Shown here piece after piece: positions 48,266-62,292 of a stretch of 64,000 nt of DNA. Both the position numbers and the translations under genes were made by a program. Below the pieces are notes generated by a model. It ran no database searches, was not told the origin of the DNA, and saw nothing but the letters and a program-made list of their open reading frames with translations. Positions within the stretch are counted from its first letter, which is position 1. Each line of letters begins with the position of its first letter. This stretch comes from the human T2T-CHM13v2.0 reference genome, Homo sapiens, in the NCBI RefSeq assembly GCF_009914755.1, contig NC_060945.1, one strand, 5' to 3'.

Positions 48266-49285
48266 ATTTTTAAAAAGGAGTTGTTTGTCTTTTGTTGTTG
48301 AGTTAAAAGAGTTCTTTATAAATTCTGCCTATAGGCTCTTATTAGATACATGATTTGCGAATATCTGCTCCCATTTTGTAGGTTGTATTGTCACTCTTTG
48401 TAGTGTGCTCTGATGCATAAAGGGATTTTCAGTTTTGATGAAGTCTAATTTATTTATTTTTTTTGCTTTTGTTGTTTGTGCTTTCAATGTCGTATCTAAC
48501 AATGCATTGTTAAGCCTAAGATTATGACGATTAACCTTCTAAGGTTTTAAGAGTTTTGTAGTTTTTATTCTATTTAGGTCATTAATCAGCTTTGAGTTAA
48601 TATTTATATATATGAAATCAAGGAACAGCTTTATTCTTTGGTATGTAGATATCTGGTTGTCCCAACACAGTTTATTGAAGAAACTATATTTCCCCATTAA
48701 ATGGTTTTGACACCCTTATTGAAAAGTAATTGTGCATAGATGTATATGTTTATTTCTGGACTCCCAATTTCATTCCATTAGTCTATGTGTTTACCCTTGT
48801 TCCCCTGCTGTAATGTTTTGATTATTCAAGCTTTGTAATAAGTTTTAAAATCAAGAAATGTAAGTTCTCTTTGTTCTTCTTTTTTTATTATTTTGGTTAT
48901 CCAGGGCCCTTTACAATTTCATTAGCATTTTTTTCAGCAAAAAAAAAAAATCATTGGGACTTTGATAAGGATTGTACTGAATCTGTAGATTATTTTAAGT
49001 AGTATTGCCAACTTAACAATATTGTCTTTTAATCCATCAACACACGATGACTTTCCATTTATTTATGTCTTCTTTAATTTGTTGCCACAATATCTTATAG
49101 TTTTCAGCATACAAGTCTTGTATCTTCTTTGTTAAATTTATCACTTAGTGTTTTATAATATTTAACACTTTTCTAAAAAGAATTTATTTTTAATTTTATT
49201 TCTGAATTCTTTATTGTTAGTATACAGAAATACAACTGATTTTTGTGTGTTGATTTTTTATCCTGCAACTTTGCTAAGTGTATTA
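48266..49285 (-). mobile_element. L1MB-like ORF2 3' part (host element, part 2)
   Basis: Continues the L1M sequence broken at 41290 (gagttgtttgtcttttgttgttgagtt...gttctttata; tacaactgatttttgtgtgttgattttttatcctgcaactttgct). Confidence 0.85.
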
Positions 49286-51449
49286 GTTTACATTTGCTTT
49301 TGGTTTTTATTTTTTCTCTTCATCAGGACAAAGAACAATCCAATTTTCTTTGATGATAACCTTTACAAGAGATACTTATTTGGTTGTATTTTGTTTCTCG
49401 CTAACCATTTAAATGAGCAAACTTTTGGAATCCCAGCTTTATTTGAAGTTCTAACCCAGTTCTCTTTCTTTGAGGGCCTTAGGTTTTATCTCTTCCTAAC
49501 ACATGTAGTTCATTAATATCAAAGCTCCTGTTCAGATAATTCTGGAAATTACCTGTAGTTCAGCTAGCACTCTTTGCACTGGACTCATGTTTTGGCTTAG
49601 CTTGAACTTTCTTGCCAACTCAGCAATATAAGCATGGCTGTGTTTTGCACATACGTGTGTATTTTCTTCAATATGTTAAATGTTTCTCAATAGATTAGTT
49701 TTAGAGGACGTGTGTCCCACGTTCAGAAAGGAAAGTCTCTTATAGAGGGTATTTATGGGAATTAAGAGAGACCATATATACAAAAAGCCTAAGATGAGCC
49801 TCATTACACCAATAATCATCTGATGTCATTTTACTTTTGTGTATATTGTTACAAATGTGCAAGGATGCCCAATAATGTATCACTGCTTATTGTAACTGGG
49901 AAATATGAGTAACTTGAAACTGCTAGTGTAGGAAACAATATAAGCATGCATTCCTGCTTGAGATGCATGATTTCACTTAAAGCAGCCCCTCAAACCTCAC
50001 TGCAACACTGCTCACCTTCATAAAATGGCTCGCTAACAGGATGACTAGAGCAGTGATAAGAACATTGTATTATTTTTGGTGCATCTTTTCAAAATGATCA
50101 CTCCGGTTTACCATTTTCAATTTACATATTTTACTGTTGTCCATTAATTAGTGTTGAAGCAAAATCAACTAGAAGTTACCTAAAGCCAAGTTCAAGTACA
50201 TTACTGTCCTGGATTCTTACAGGTAAAAGCATGGCAGCTCTTAAACAAGAGCAGAATTAAGTTCTAAGGAAACCCCCCACAGAATGTCCATTCAATGGGA
50301 AAGCTTAGCCTGAACCAACACAATGGAAGTCCAAGACAGATGTAATTTCATCATGAAAATGATTAAAGCAGGACTTAAAGTGAATTGAACCTGTATTCTG
50401 AAAAGTAAAGACTCTGTTGAATCAGACTGCAGATACCATTACTTATTGATCCAGCCCATGAATTGATTATCTTCTTTCTCTTTAACCCTGACTTCTATCT
50501 ACTGAAAGCCTGAGAAAGATTTTTCTATAGTTAAAATGCTTTTCATTCAGCATAACTAGCTATTTCACTGTTTATCTACGTACTTTATATAGTAATTTTT
50601 AAATGTGTCAAGATATATTTAGCAAACATATCAATTAGATTACAATGCTGAGTAAAGCAATTTTATTTGATGTTTGATAAAATGCTCAGATAAGCAATCA
50701 CACTCTTTTAAAAAGCAAATTTTAGGCATAAACTTGTTCTGTCCTCTTACTAGTTTTTTTTTTTTTTTTTTTTTCACACTAGCTAGCAACACATGCCATT
50801 GTGTGCTTTTGGATTTGACACATTTGGGGCTTTCTTTTGCTTTCAAAATAAGTCTTGTTATTACTACAGTTTGGGTCAGGCTTATTGTACATGAATGCAA
50901 TAGTTATATCATTATATTATAAGCAGCTAATTGTACTGGTTGTACTAATGAATTATTCATGGCATAATCACATAAATTCACTTCATGCTGATGCTTTATT
51001 TTGCATACTAATTTGAACATAGTGCATTTTTCACATTTTGATCTAGAGATGATCTCAGATAATGACCTGTTTGTGGATATGGGGGTTTACATTGACCTTA
51101 ATATTTTTCTTTTCTCTAAACATTGCTCCATAATGTGTACATTTCATCAGGGTGGTATAGGTCATTCAGAATCAGGGCCCTGCTAATAATTTCTTTTAAG
51201 GCCCTCTAATTATTGCTCATTAACAGAATTTCCAAGATAATCTTTCCAACACAGAGCATTGTGTTACCAGGGTCTTCCAAATAGTAGATGTTGTGCCTAT
51301 TTTCTTCTCCTTCTAACTCATACTTCCCAAACTAATCCTCTCCCTTTTCTTGCCCAATCTCTGGAATTTTCATTGAATTACTCTTTTCTAACTTACACCT
51401 TATCCGTTCATGCCAACAAATCCCCTATAGATAAGCCTAAAGTTTTATA

Positions 51450-52110
51450 TGTGGAGAAATGACACCATTGGCCAGTGGCTGGGTAACCTAATGGTCTCCC
51501 TGACTCAACTTTCTCACTTCAAGCCCTCATATAGTTTTCAGATTAGTTCTTCTATAGCCACTAATTAAGGCATGTGCTTCCACTGCAACAGAATCTTCTA
51601 TGGTTTATTACTCTTTACCCACATTAAAACATCTCTGTTTAGCTTTCAAATCCTCCCTAAAGCATCCACCCTTCTAGTGATCTTATTTCATTTCTCCCTC
51701 CAGTGACACCAGTTTACTTATTGCTCTATAAACACAGAAAGTTTATACCACTACCTACACCTTTGTTTATCTCCTATCTGCAAATTCCTGTTTACTTTCA
51801 CCTATGACATTTTCTCAAGACTCAGTACAAGTGCCATTTAGTTTGTAAAGCCTTCTTGGACTATCACAATCATTAGTGATATTCCCTAATTCCCTTTACC
51901 ACTTGCCAATGCTTCAGTCACTTCATTATACACTTCTTTATATTTTGTGTTTAGTCTTGTCTCATGTGTTTTAATTTTACCTTCCCAATAGGATTATAAT
52001 TTTTTTGAAAGTCTGAACCATACTGTATATAATCTATTTATCCCTTTGTAGGGTTGATAAGCTTCTTATTGTCTAGCAAAATCTAACATGTCTTAAGTGC
52101 TAATAATCAT
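51450..52110 (+). mobile_element. L2 LINE fragment
   Basis: L2-type phrases: taacctaatggtctccctgactc, aatcttctatggttta, tgtaaagccttcttggact. Extent approximate. Confidence 0.5.
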
Positions 52111-52739
52111 TTATTTTATTTGACTCATTATTAATGCCTGACATGGCAGGTGTTGACATGTACGTAATAGCATTAAAGAGGGTCCAAAGGACCAAGCTAT
52201 ATTTCATGTTGTGGGTGGTACTTTAAGCAAATATATTTATCATAAAATGGAATAGCAATTTTTCTTTCTGAAAGTCTGAAGCTGAAAAATTATTTGACCT
52301 ATCTCTCCTGAATTGGAAATATCTAACATCAACCTTTAGGATGAGAGGATCATTTGGCTGCGCTATCTGGTATCCATTTGATTTCTGGGTGGAATTAGTT
52401 CATCTGGCTTGCTGGCCAGGTGTCCTATTCATTCCTGGATGCTGAAATCATGAAAAAAAATTGAGAAGATGAGCATCCCATTTGGAGAAGAAGGAACATT
52501 CTACAGTCAAGAATATAAAAGGAGCTCCACCTTCTCTCTACCATATTTTAGGAAACAATAGCAAAAATCAGTATTTCTACACACTAAAAGTAGTGTCTAT
52601 GCCTAACTATTATACAGATTTGCAAGGTTTTTATTTTTAAATCCTTGGATTTCATTGCCTTAAATTAACGAAAAGATGATTTTAAAATAGTGAAGTTTCC
52701 TTGGAGATATGCAAGAGCTAGACTGCAAATTCCATCCAG

Positions 52740-52850
52740 GGAAATGAGAGATCATGTCTACCTTATTTCTAATGTGTCCCCAGAGGACAGCACAGTGTCT
52801 AGCATCTAGCAGATGTTCAGTAAATGTTCCTGGATATGTCAATGAATAAA
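52740..52850 (+). mobile_element. L2 3' end fragment
   Basis: tgtgtccccag...gcacagtgtctagcatctagcagatgttcagtaaatgtt...aatgaat. Confidence 0.65.
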
Positions 52851-54001
52851 CATATGAGATGATAAGTGTTCATAATAAGTCCAAGCATTGTGGACTCCAC
52901 CTACCAGTTAAGTACAAAGATAGTCTCATGGATGTTAATATCCTACATTTATTGTTCCTAAACTATCCTTCTGTTTAACTGTAGGAAGTCAAGTGTTTTG
53001 TAGCTTCCCTACCCAAGTATTCTAACATCTCCAGGGGCACTTGTTAGTTTTTATTGCTTGCTGCTAGGGCTAGCAACCCAGAACTCTCCAATCTTTGGCC
53101 CTTGGATTCATGGAAAAACTGTTCCAAGGTTAAAATATTGTTTTCCTAGCCACTGCCGTTATGGCCACAAGGGGAATCTCGCATGCAACATGCCAGTGAA
53201 ACTGGGCCTGTGCCTCTGTCATGAAGGTGGAGGGTAATTGGGTGGTAGAAAGGATACCCATTCTACATTAGGCTTAGCTAGTGCTTCTAATGGCAATTTC
53301 GGTTGAGTCTCAAGGATTAGGCATCCAGTACTTCACACACTCACTCACCCCCATAGAGAATGAGCCAGGATCCTAAAGTTCCAGGCCTAAAGGTCAAGGC
53401 CTCTTCCAGGCTGAGACTCTCCTCTCATTGCTATCCTTCCCGCCTGCACCACATGGGGTCTCTTGCATTTTTCCATGTCGCTGAAATCAGAACTAGCACT
53501 GCCTAAAATGCAAGATATTTCTTCTCCTGGAAAATCTGCCATGCTTAGAATGTAATTCACGGATAAAACCCTCACTGCCACCTATGCAAAGTGAGAGAAA
53601 CAGTGTTCCTTCTCCAGTATACTCAGCCAGGGCTCCTAGAACAAAGCTTCTTCAGTTCCAAATGTTATCATGTTTTCTTTGATGGATCATTCAACTAACA
53701 GGTTGTTTGGTCCTGTTGAAATAAGGTTGTTTGGTCCACTTCCTGTAATCAGCTGGCAAACTATACCCACATCCATTAACCCCCTCCCCACTCAGGACCT
53801 ACTGCTGACTCCAGACCACTGGATTATGCCACCCCTTTTCTTTGATGAGTTCCTTCTCATTGTTCCCTTTCCTTTGTCCTCTGAGATCACTCTCTGCCAC
53901 CTCCAAAACATCAGATATGGCTGAACCTTTCTGGTGAGTGGGTTGAAGTCTTTCCTTTCTTCTCTTAGATCCTACACAAAGGAGTGGTTACAAAGGTGAG
54001 T

Positions 54002-56425
54002 TATGGATGCAAAAATCTTAATAAAATACCGGCAAACCAAATCCAGCAGTACATCAAAAAGCTTATCCACCACGATCAAATCGGCTTCATCCCTGGGATG
54101 CAAAGCTGGTTCAACATATGCAAATGAATGAACATAACCCATCACATAAACAGAATCAATGACAAAAGCCACATGATTATCTCAATAGATGCAGAAAAGT
54201 CCTTCAATAAAATGCAACATCCCTTCATGTTAAAAACTCTCAATAAACTAGGTATTGATGGAACAAATATCAAAATAATAACAGCCATTTATGACAAACC
54301 CACAGCCAGTATCATATTGAATGGGCAAAAGCTGGAAGTATTCCCTTTGAAAACTGGCACAAGACACAGATGCCCTCTCTTATCGCTCCTATTCAACATA
54401 GTATTGCAAGTTCTGACCAGGGCAATCAGGCAAGAGAAAGAAGGTATTCAAATAGGAACAGAAGAAGTCAAATCATCTCTGTTTGCAGACATCATGATTC
54501 TATACTTAGAAAACCCCATTGTCTCAGCCCAAAAACTCCTTAAGTGGATAAGCAACTTCAGCAAAGTCTCAGGATACAAAATCAACGTGCAAAAATCACA
54601 AGGATTCCTATACACAAACAATAGACAAGCAGAGAGTCAAATCATGAATGAATTCCCATTCAAAATTGCTACAAAGAGAATAAAATACCTAGGAATACAG
54701 CTAACAAAAGACATGAAGGACCTCTTCAAGGAGAACTACGAACTACTTCTTAAGGAAATAAGAGAGGACACAAACAAATGGAAAAACATTCCATCCTCAT
54801 GGATAGAAAGAATCAATATCGTGAAAATGTCCATACTGCCCAAAGTATTTGAAAGATTCAATACTACTCCCATCAAACTACCATTGGCAGTCTTCTCAGA
54901 ATTAGAAAAAAACTACTTTAAATTTCATATGGAACCGAAAAAGAGCCCTAATAGCCAAGACAATCATACACAAAAAGAACAAAGTCAGAGGCATCATGCT
55001 ACCTGACTTCAAACTATATACTACAAGGCTACAGTAACCGAAACAGCATGGTGCTGGTACCAAAACAGACATATAGACCAATGGAACAGAACAGGGACCT
55101 CAGAAATAATACCACACATCTACAACCATCTGATCTTTGACAAACCAGACAAAAAAAATGCAATGGGGAAAACATTCCCTATTTAATAAATGGTGCTGGG
55201 AAAACTGGCTAGCCATATGCAGAAAAGTGAAACTGGACCCTTTCCTTATATCTTATACAAAAATTAACTCAAGATGGATTAAAGACTTAAATGTAAAACC
55301 CAAAACCACAAAAACCTTTGAAGAAAACCTAGGCAATACCATTCAGGACATAGACCTGGACAAAGATTTCATGATGAAAATGCCAAAAGCAATTGTAACA
55401 AAAGCCAAAATTGACAAATGGGATCTGATTAAACTAAAGAGCTTTTACACAGCAAAAGAAACTATCATCAGAGTGAACAGGCAACCTACAGAATGGGAGA
55501 AAATTTTTGCCAACTACCCATCTGACAAACATCTGATATCCGGAATCTACAAGGAACTTAAACAAACTTACAAGAAAAAAAACCAAACAATCCCATCAAA
55601 AAATGGGCAGAGGATATGAACAAACACTTCCCAAAAGAAGACATTTATGCAGCCAATAAACATATTTTAAAAAGCTTAACATCATTGATCATTAGACAAA
55701 TGCAAATCAAAACCACAATGAGATATCATCTCTTGCCAGTCAGAATGGTGATTATTAAAAAGTCCAGAAACTATAGATGCTGGCGAGGCTGTGGAGAAAT
55801 GAGAACACTTTTACATTGTTGGTGGGAATGTAAATTAGTTCAACCATTGTGGAAGACAGTACGGCAATTCCTCAAGGATCTAGAACCAGAAATACCATTT
55901 GACCCAGCAATCCCATTCCTGGGTAGATACCCAAAGGAGTATAAATCGTTCTACTATAAAGCACATGTACACGTATGTTTATTGCAGCACTATTTTCAAT
56001 AGCAAAGACATGGAACCAATCCAAATGCCCATCAGTGATAGATTGGATAAAGAAAATGTGGTACAAATACACTGTGGAATACTATGCAGCCATAAAAGGG
56101 AATGAGATCATGTCCTTCACAGGGACATGGATGAAGCTGGAAGCCATCATTCTCAGCAGGCTAACACAGAAAGAGAAAACCAAGTGGGTGCTGAACAATG
56201 AGAACACATGGACGCAGGGAGGGGAACAACACACTGGGGGCCTGTTGTGGGGTGGGGGGCGAGGAGAGGGAGAGCATTAGGACAAATAGCTAATGAATGT
56301 GGGACTTAAAACCTAGATGATGGGTTGATAGGTACAGCAAACCACCATGGCACATGTATACTTATGTGACAAACCTGCACATTCTGCACATTTATCCCAT
56401 AACTTAAGGTAAAATAAATAAAAAA
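54002..56425 (+). mobile_element. 5'-truncated L1PA (ORF2 RT to C-terminus, 3' UTR and A-tail)
   Basis: ORFs 54128-55006, 55137-55619 and 55616-56002 are consecutive ORF2 pieces. The RT motif reads FADIM rather than FADDM. Near-TSD aaaggtgagt (53992-54001) / aaaagtgagt (56422-56431). Confidence 0.95.
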
Positions 56426-56441
56426 GTGAGTGAAAAGATAC

Positions 56442-57236
56442 TGTGATTTGAATATTTGTATCTCCTCCAAAGTTCATGTTGGAACTTCAACCCCAGTGTG
56501 ATAGTACTGTATTAAAACATGGGATCTTTAAGAAGTTATATGGTTTGGCTGTGTCCTCACCCAAATCTCATCTTCAATTGTAGCTCCCATTTTTCCCACA
56601 TGTTGTAGGAGGGACCTGGTGGGAGACAACTGAATCATGGGAACAGCTTCCCCCATACTGTTTGCATGGTAGTGAATAAGTCTCATGAGATCTGATGGTT
56701 TTATAAGGGGAAACCCCTTTTGGTTGGTTCTCATTCTCTCTCTTGCCTGCTGCCATGTAAGATGTGTCTTTCACCTTCCACCATGACTGTGAGGCCTCCC
56801 CAGCCACAGGGAACTGTGAGTCCATCAAACCTCTTTTTCTTTATAATTTACCCAGTTTTGGGTATGTCTTTTTCAGCAGCGTCAAAACGGACTAATACAG
56901 GAGGTGATTAAGTCCTGAGGGTGGAACCCTCATGAATGAGATTAGTGATCAGATAAAAGTGCTGGAAGGGACTAGCTAGACCAATTTTGCCCTTCCATCT
57001 CTTCCACTAGGTGAGGACACATATTTGTCCCCTTTTGCTCTTCCGCCTTCCACCATGTGAGGCTGCCACTGTGAGAGGATGCCATCAGTGGAATAAACCC
57101 TCAGCAGATGCCAACTCTGCTGGCACCTTGATCTTAGGCTTTCCAGCCTATAGAACTGTAAGAAAATAAATTTCTGTTGTTTATAAATTACCTAGTATCT
57201 AGTATTTTGTTATAGCAGTACAAACGGACTAAGACT
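56442..57236 (+). mobile_element. MST/MLT1A-like MaLR LTR interrupted by a THE1 LTR
   Basis: tgtgatttgaatatttgtatctcctccaaagttcatgttggaac ... [THE1] ... ggcaccttgatcttaggctttccagcc ... cggactaagac. Confidence 0.85.
56536..56899 (+). mobile_element. THE1 solo LTR
   Basis: tatggtttggctgtgtcctcacccaaatctcatcttc ... acggactaataca. Confidence 0.92.
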
Positions 57237-57453
57237 GTCACCTACTATAAAATGCCAGAGTTCTGCTATTTTAAAAGTAAATATGAAGCAAAATGCACGA
57301 GACACTTTGTAAAGTTTAGGTCCATGATTTGAGAACACTCAAATAGCATAGACATGCTGGTGAGAACTTCAGTGATAGATACTACTGTTCACTGTACAGT
57401 ACATCTCAGATGGTCTCTGAATTGCAGGGAAGAAGTGGTTGCTGGGAAGCTTA

Positions 57454-57896
57454 GTGTCTTCATCCATTTTGTGTTGCTATAACAGAGTACCTGAGTCTGG
57501 ATAATTTATAACGAAAACAGGTTTAGTTAGTTCACAGTTTTGCAGGCTGAGAAGTTCAAAAGCATGGCCCTGGCTTCTAGTGAGGGTTTTGGTGCTAAAT
57601 CATAACATGGTGTAGGTCAAAGTGGAAGCAAACACGTGCAAAGAAGGAAAACCCAAGGGACATCTTTGCTTTTTCAGCAACCCACTCTCACAGGAACTAA
57701 TTCATTCCCACAGGAACTAATCCAGTCTGGCCAAAGCAAGAACTCATTCACTAACGTGAGAACAGCACCAAACCATTCATGAGAAATTTGCCCCCGTGAC
57801 CAAAACACCACCCATAAGGTTTCACCTCCCAACACTGCCACATTAGGGATGAAATTTCAACATGAGTTTTGGCGAAGACAAACTCAAACAACAGCA
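57454..57896 (-). mobile_element. MST-like MaLR LTR
   Basis: tgtcttcatccattttgtgttgctataacagagtacctgag ... cacattagggatgaaatttcaacatgagttttgg. Confidence 0.85.
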
Positions 57897-58689
57897 AAAA
57901 GTCCTGTTGTAGATCTACCTATTTTGTCTTTCTTTATTTCAAATTGAAAGCTATATAATTATATTTATATATATTTTAAAATATTATTTTAAATAATAAT
58001 AAAAATAAAATATATTTTAAAATATTAGTTTTAAAATAGTAATTTGATGTTACTCCAATATAACGCCAGAATTTTCCAAATAAAGCAATGGGTTACCTTT
58101 GTAACATTTTTGAACTGCATTTTTTTTGTTTAAAATAATTGTTTCTACTATGTTTCAATCCATGCGAATACATATCTTTTATTTAACACTTATAGGACAT
58201 TTTGTTTAATTTAGTCATTTTATCTTTCATTGATGATGAACTTACATGAAACCTGTGTAGTATTGGCCAAACTTTATTTTTAGGTGATATCAGGTTATAG
58301 CACTTTTTCTTTACCAAGAATGGAGGAAAATAAGTAGTACCTGTTTTTCAGAGGAAAGATAAATGTATGCAAAATATCAGTGTCATGGATGCAAGATCTC
58401 TGTTTATTAGCTATCAGGTAACTTAAGAGGTTAGAGACTGAAGAGAAAGCCATCCTCTACATATGGCTTTGGGAATTTGGCAAGAGGTGAAAGGAACATT
58501 ATAAGATTAAGGCCTGCAGAGTAACTTAACATGCCTTATGATATGTAGAAGAAAATGCAGAAAGATAGGAACATGTGAGTGATGTAGTCCAGGATTTACC
58601 ACAAGAAGCAGGAATCAACTGCTCACATGTATGTCTCTTTAATTGCCAGATATCTTAGTGTCTAATAGCAATTACATCCCAAAAGAACT

Positions 58690-58880
58690 ACAATGACATT
58701 TATTGGGTAACCACTATGCCAGGCCAGATATTTTTGCATATGTTACCTCATTTAAGCCTCACAAATCCTCAGGTATCACTATCCTTTTGTTCAGATACTG
58801 GAACTGGAGATCAGAGCATTTAAGGGATTTCTGTACAGTCTGAAAAGTAAGGATCAGAGGTCAAATTCTAATCCAGGACA
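58690..58880 (-). mobile_element. MIR SINE fragment
   Basis: gacatttattgggtaaccactatgccagg...cctcatttaagcctcac. Confidence 0.6.
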
Positions 58881-61446
58881 AACCGTTAACTATGCCTTCT
58901 TTGACTTTAAGATAAGAGAATAACTCAGAATTTTATACATTTAATAGGCAGAAAAACTCTAAATTCTCCAATTCTATACAGGTATTTCCTAAAAAGCAGC
59001 ATAATCATTGTCATCATGGGGAAGAAATGTAGATCAATCATCTCAATGCACTTGGCTTAGTGCTAGCAGTAGCTTTAAAGGAATTAATAGATAAATTCCC
59101 TTGACTACGATTTTAGAATCATTAAAAAAGCATTGAGAAAAGTTATTTTCTAGGTAACTTTCCCCATGATTTTGAAACTTAACCTTTATTGGAACCTTCC
59201 AAATCTTTCTGTTCAAATCCTTATGATTTAGATTATGAACTTAAGTTGGAAATAACTTTTCCTTATAAAATCATAATGGTTCTATCTATCTATACACACA
59301 TACGTATTTGACCTCAATTTAATTGTCTTTGAATGAGATTCTGCATTCATGTTAAGATATTTCATTTATTTAAACTAGATTATTCCATTACCAAACATGC
59401 CTTCTGTTTAAACTGTTTGAATCACAGCCAAGTAAGAAGCAAATCCTATTCAACTGAACTGAGCCTCTCTGGCCAGCCTTGTGAGTAAGGAGAAAAGAAG
59501 TAAAAGAGGGAGGAGAAGAGTTTGATTATGGTGATTTGGTACCTGGAAAAGATGGGGTAAAATCATCAGGTTTTGTAAATAAAAATACAGAACACTTGAA
59601 TACATTTGAACTTCAGATAAAACAAGGCACAGTTTTTTGTACAAGGATGTCTCAAATACTGCATGAGACATACTTATATTTTAAAATCACCCATTGTTTA
59701 TTTAAATTCATATTTAACTGGGTGTCCTATATTTTATCTGGTAACCCTAGATGAAGGATCACACAGGACAAATATAACTAGCATTGGGTTCCAATTGCCA
59801 CATGTCTTTTATGCACAGATTGGCAGGCTTCTCCTGGGGGAAAGTAGAGGCTTAAAATTGAGGCTGCTTTTGCTCACTGCTTAATAGTGACAAGCTATTG
59901 ATAGCCAGGCATTGCCAAATTCTCATTAGTTTCTAAAAGTCAGGAACTACATTTAGAAAAAAGCGGCTCGCTTATGGAGAGGTCATCTCTCCAGTAACCT
60001 CAAGTACCAGGAACACAGCTGAAACCCAGGAAGCAAGGGAAAAAAAGGCCTCTGAGGATTCAAAATAGAAACCATGTGCTAAAGCTCATGCTCTTTTCTC
60101 TGAGAAGAGGCCCTCAGACTTGCACTCAGTGTAATTTGCTCTTCTTTCAGACACCATCCAAACAAGTTTGGTTGTCTGATTTCCCACCCAACAGAGATAG
60201 AAAGCAGGAAATTGCAAAGTGGGCAGGATGGCTATGTAGACTAGGGGTCAGCCTTGTGGCAGACGATCTGGTAAAAACACATGCACACATATAGACACAC
60301 AAACACACACATGCACTCCACTATATGCAGCAATTCCCATAAAAATTTGGAAGAAATGTACCAAAATGGAATTTGTGGTTATTTTTTAGTAATGAGCTTA
60401 CAAGTGGTCTTATTTTCTTCTTACACTTTTTAAATATTAGCTAAACTTTTTACATGCATGTTTATGATCAGAAGAGGCAACACAGATATTTTCAATTAAA
60501 GAAAATTTAAAAATTATTTCTTGATTCTCTCAGGAGAGCTCTGTTCACACCTCTATTAGAAGCATTTCCCAAATGGTAATTATATGCCAGACATTTATTT
60601 GTCTTTGTCCTCTGCTGACTTGTAAACTTTTTGAGAGCAGAGTTAGTACCTTTGTAGCATTGTAGCCTTAGTTATCAGCATAATCTCTAGCACACCAATG
60701 CCCAATAAATATTTGTTGAGTATGGAATGAAAGTCAAAATGCATGGTGTTTCTATGGGCATCTAGACATGGAATTCTCCACACCTCTGTCTCCCAGGAGC
60801 AGTGCGCCACTGTGGTCTGCTTTGCCCTTTGACTAGGATAAAAGTCTACTCTAAGTCCACAATACAAATTAGAATTAAGATTGCATTCTCTGTTTTTAAA
60901 AGCACAGAGGAATATGATTTATTCTGGCAAAGTGTCTTTTGAAATGGTTAGCATCTTTTAAAGTTTTGGCTTAAAGGAATGAGTATAAGAAATTTTGAGA
61001 ATTCTCTTACTTTTAGTCATTTATTTGAAAATCTGGCTGTATCTGTTAATTGAGGATCATGGGCTAAAGATATGGGACACGGCTCTCAGAGTTGCACTAT
61101 AGAGGTAAAATGCAATCTGTAAAATATTGGCTGTAGAATAAGACCATGTACAAGTTCTAGAGGAAGAAATGAGAGACCCCTATATGTATTACTTTATATG
61201 GCATCTTTATAAAGCTTTAAGGCATGTGCATCTTTGCAAATAAATAAAAATGTGAAAAACACCAAAGCTCTACTTTCCTTGTAACCAATTTCCTTAAAGA
61301 CCCCCCCTTCTCAGTGCTACATAGAAGGATTGAATATGGTCTTAAGTTCTACTCTTTTTCAACACAAACGAAGATTAAACCAATTCATTCAGAAGAAAGA
61401 GAAATGACTGGATTCCATTTACAAGTAGAAAAGGAGTAGAATTTTA

Positions 61447-61786
<340 letters not shown>

Positions 61787-62123
61787 TCAGAAAGAAATAT
61801 ATGAGTTGCTGAACAGTGGATATCATGGCAGAGATACGTGACAATACTGAATAGGATGATTCACCATCTGTTATTTATGTTTTATAAATGATTTCAAAGC
61901 ACATTTTAGTAACTTGGACGGGATTCTCAAAGCGGGAAAACAGTGTTGCCTTTGCCCACAAATGCACCAGGGCCTGCCAGCAGAGCCCCTTAACCCTAAA
62001 AAGCAGCTACTCAAAATTAAAATGCACATGAGGACATTTTTCACTACAATCAACCTGGGTATCAGTATCGACGAACAGGGCTAAGCATTGGTAACTTAAT
62101 GCAGAGATAAATTTGTACTTTAC

Positions 62124-62150
62124 CCATTGAATTTGGTTCCTTTTCCACAT
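62124..62150 (-). CDS. Predicted 27-nt micro-exon: (D)VEKEPNSM(x)
   Basis: Acceptor ttctatttaactttttacag| with a branch-like tttaac; donor TGG|gtaaag. Phase 1-1, compatible with the 58-nt exon (G|TG = Val). The first residue assumes the upstream exon supplies G. Confidence 0.55.
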
Positions 62151-62182
62151 CTGTAAAAAGTTAAATAGAATGGTAAAGTTAC

Positions 62183-62216
62183 CTGATTTGTCTTTCATCT
62201 CGTTATTTCTCTACTC
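62183..62216 (-). CDS. Candidate 34-nt alternative micro-exon reading (G)VEK*
   Basis: Donor CAG|gtaact and weaker acceptor attaccttcaag|. In phase 1 it reads GA GTA GAG AAA TAA and resembles the adjacent 27-nt exon. Confidence 0.4.
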
Positions 62217-62235
62217 CTTGAAGGTAATGCCGAGG

Positions 62236-62237
<2 letters not shown>

Positions 62238-62292
<55 letters not shown>
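62238..62292. repeat. (CA)n(GA)n compound microsatellite
   Basis: Read directly; lies just upstream (in minus-strand sense) of the candidate micro-exons. Confidence 0.95.

Noticed and set aside
52880-53990. GC-richer segment with a short internal duplication (aggttgtttggtcc twice), possibly an old LTR or ERV internal piece
   Set aside because: I could not assign a family or find protein motifs; it needs a Dfam search.
54128-55006. 292-aa ORF as a functional reverse transcriptase
   Set aside because: It is a fragment of a 5'-truncated L1 ORF2. A catalytic Asp is lost (FADIM), frameshifts flank it, and there is no promoter.
59400-59570. Acceptor-like ccccatcttttccag on the minus strand
   Set aside because: No convincing downstream donor or phase-compatible open frame was found.
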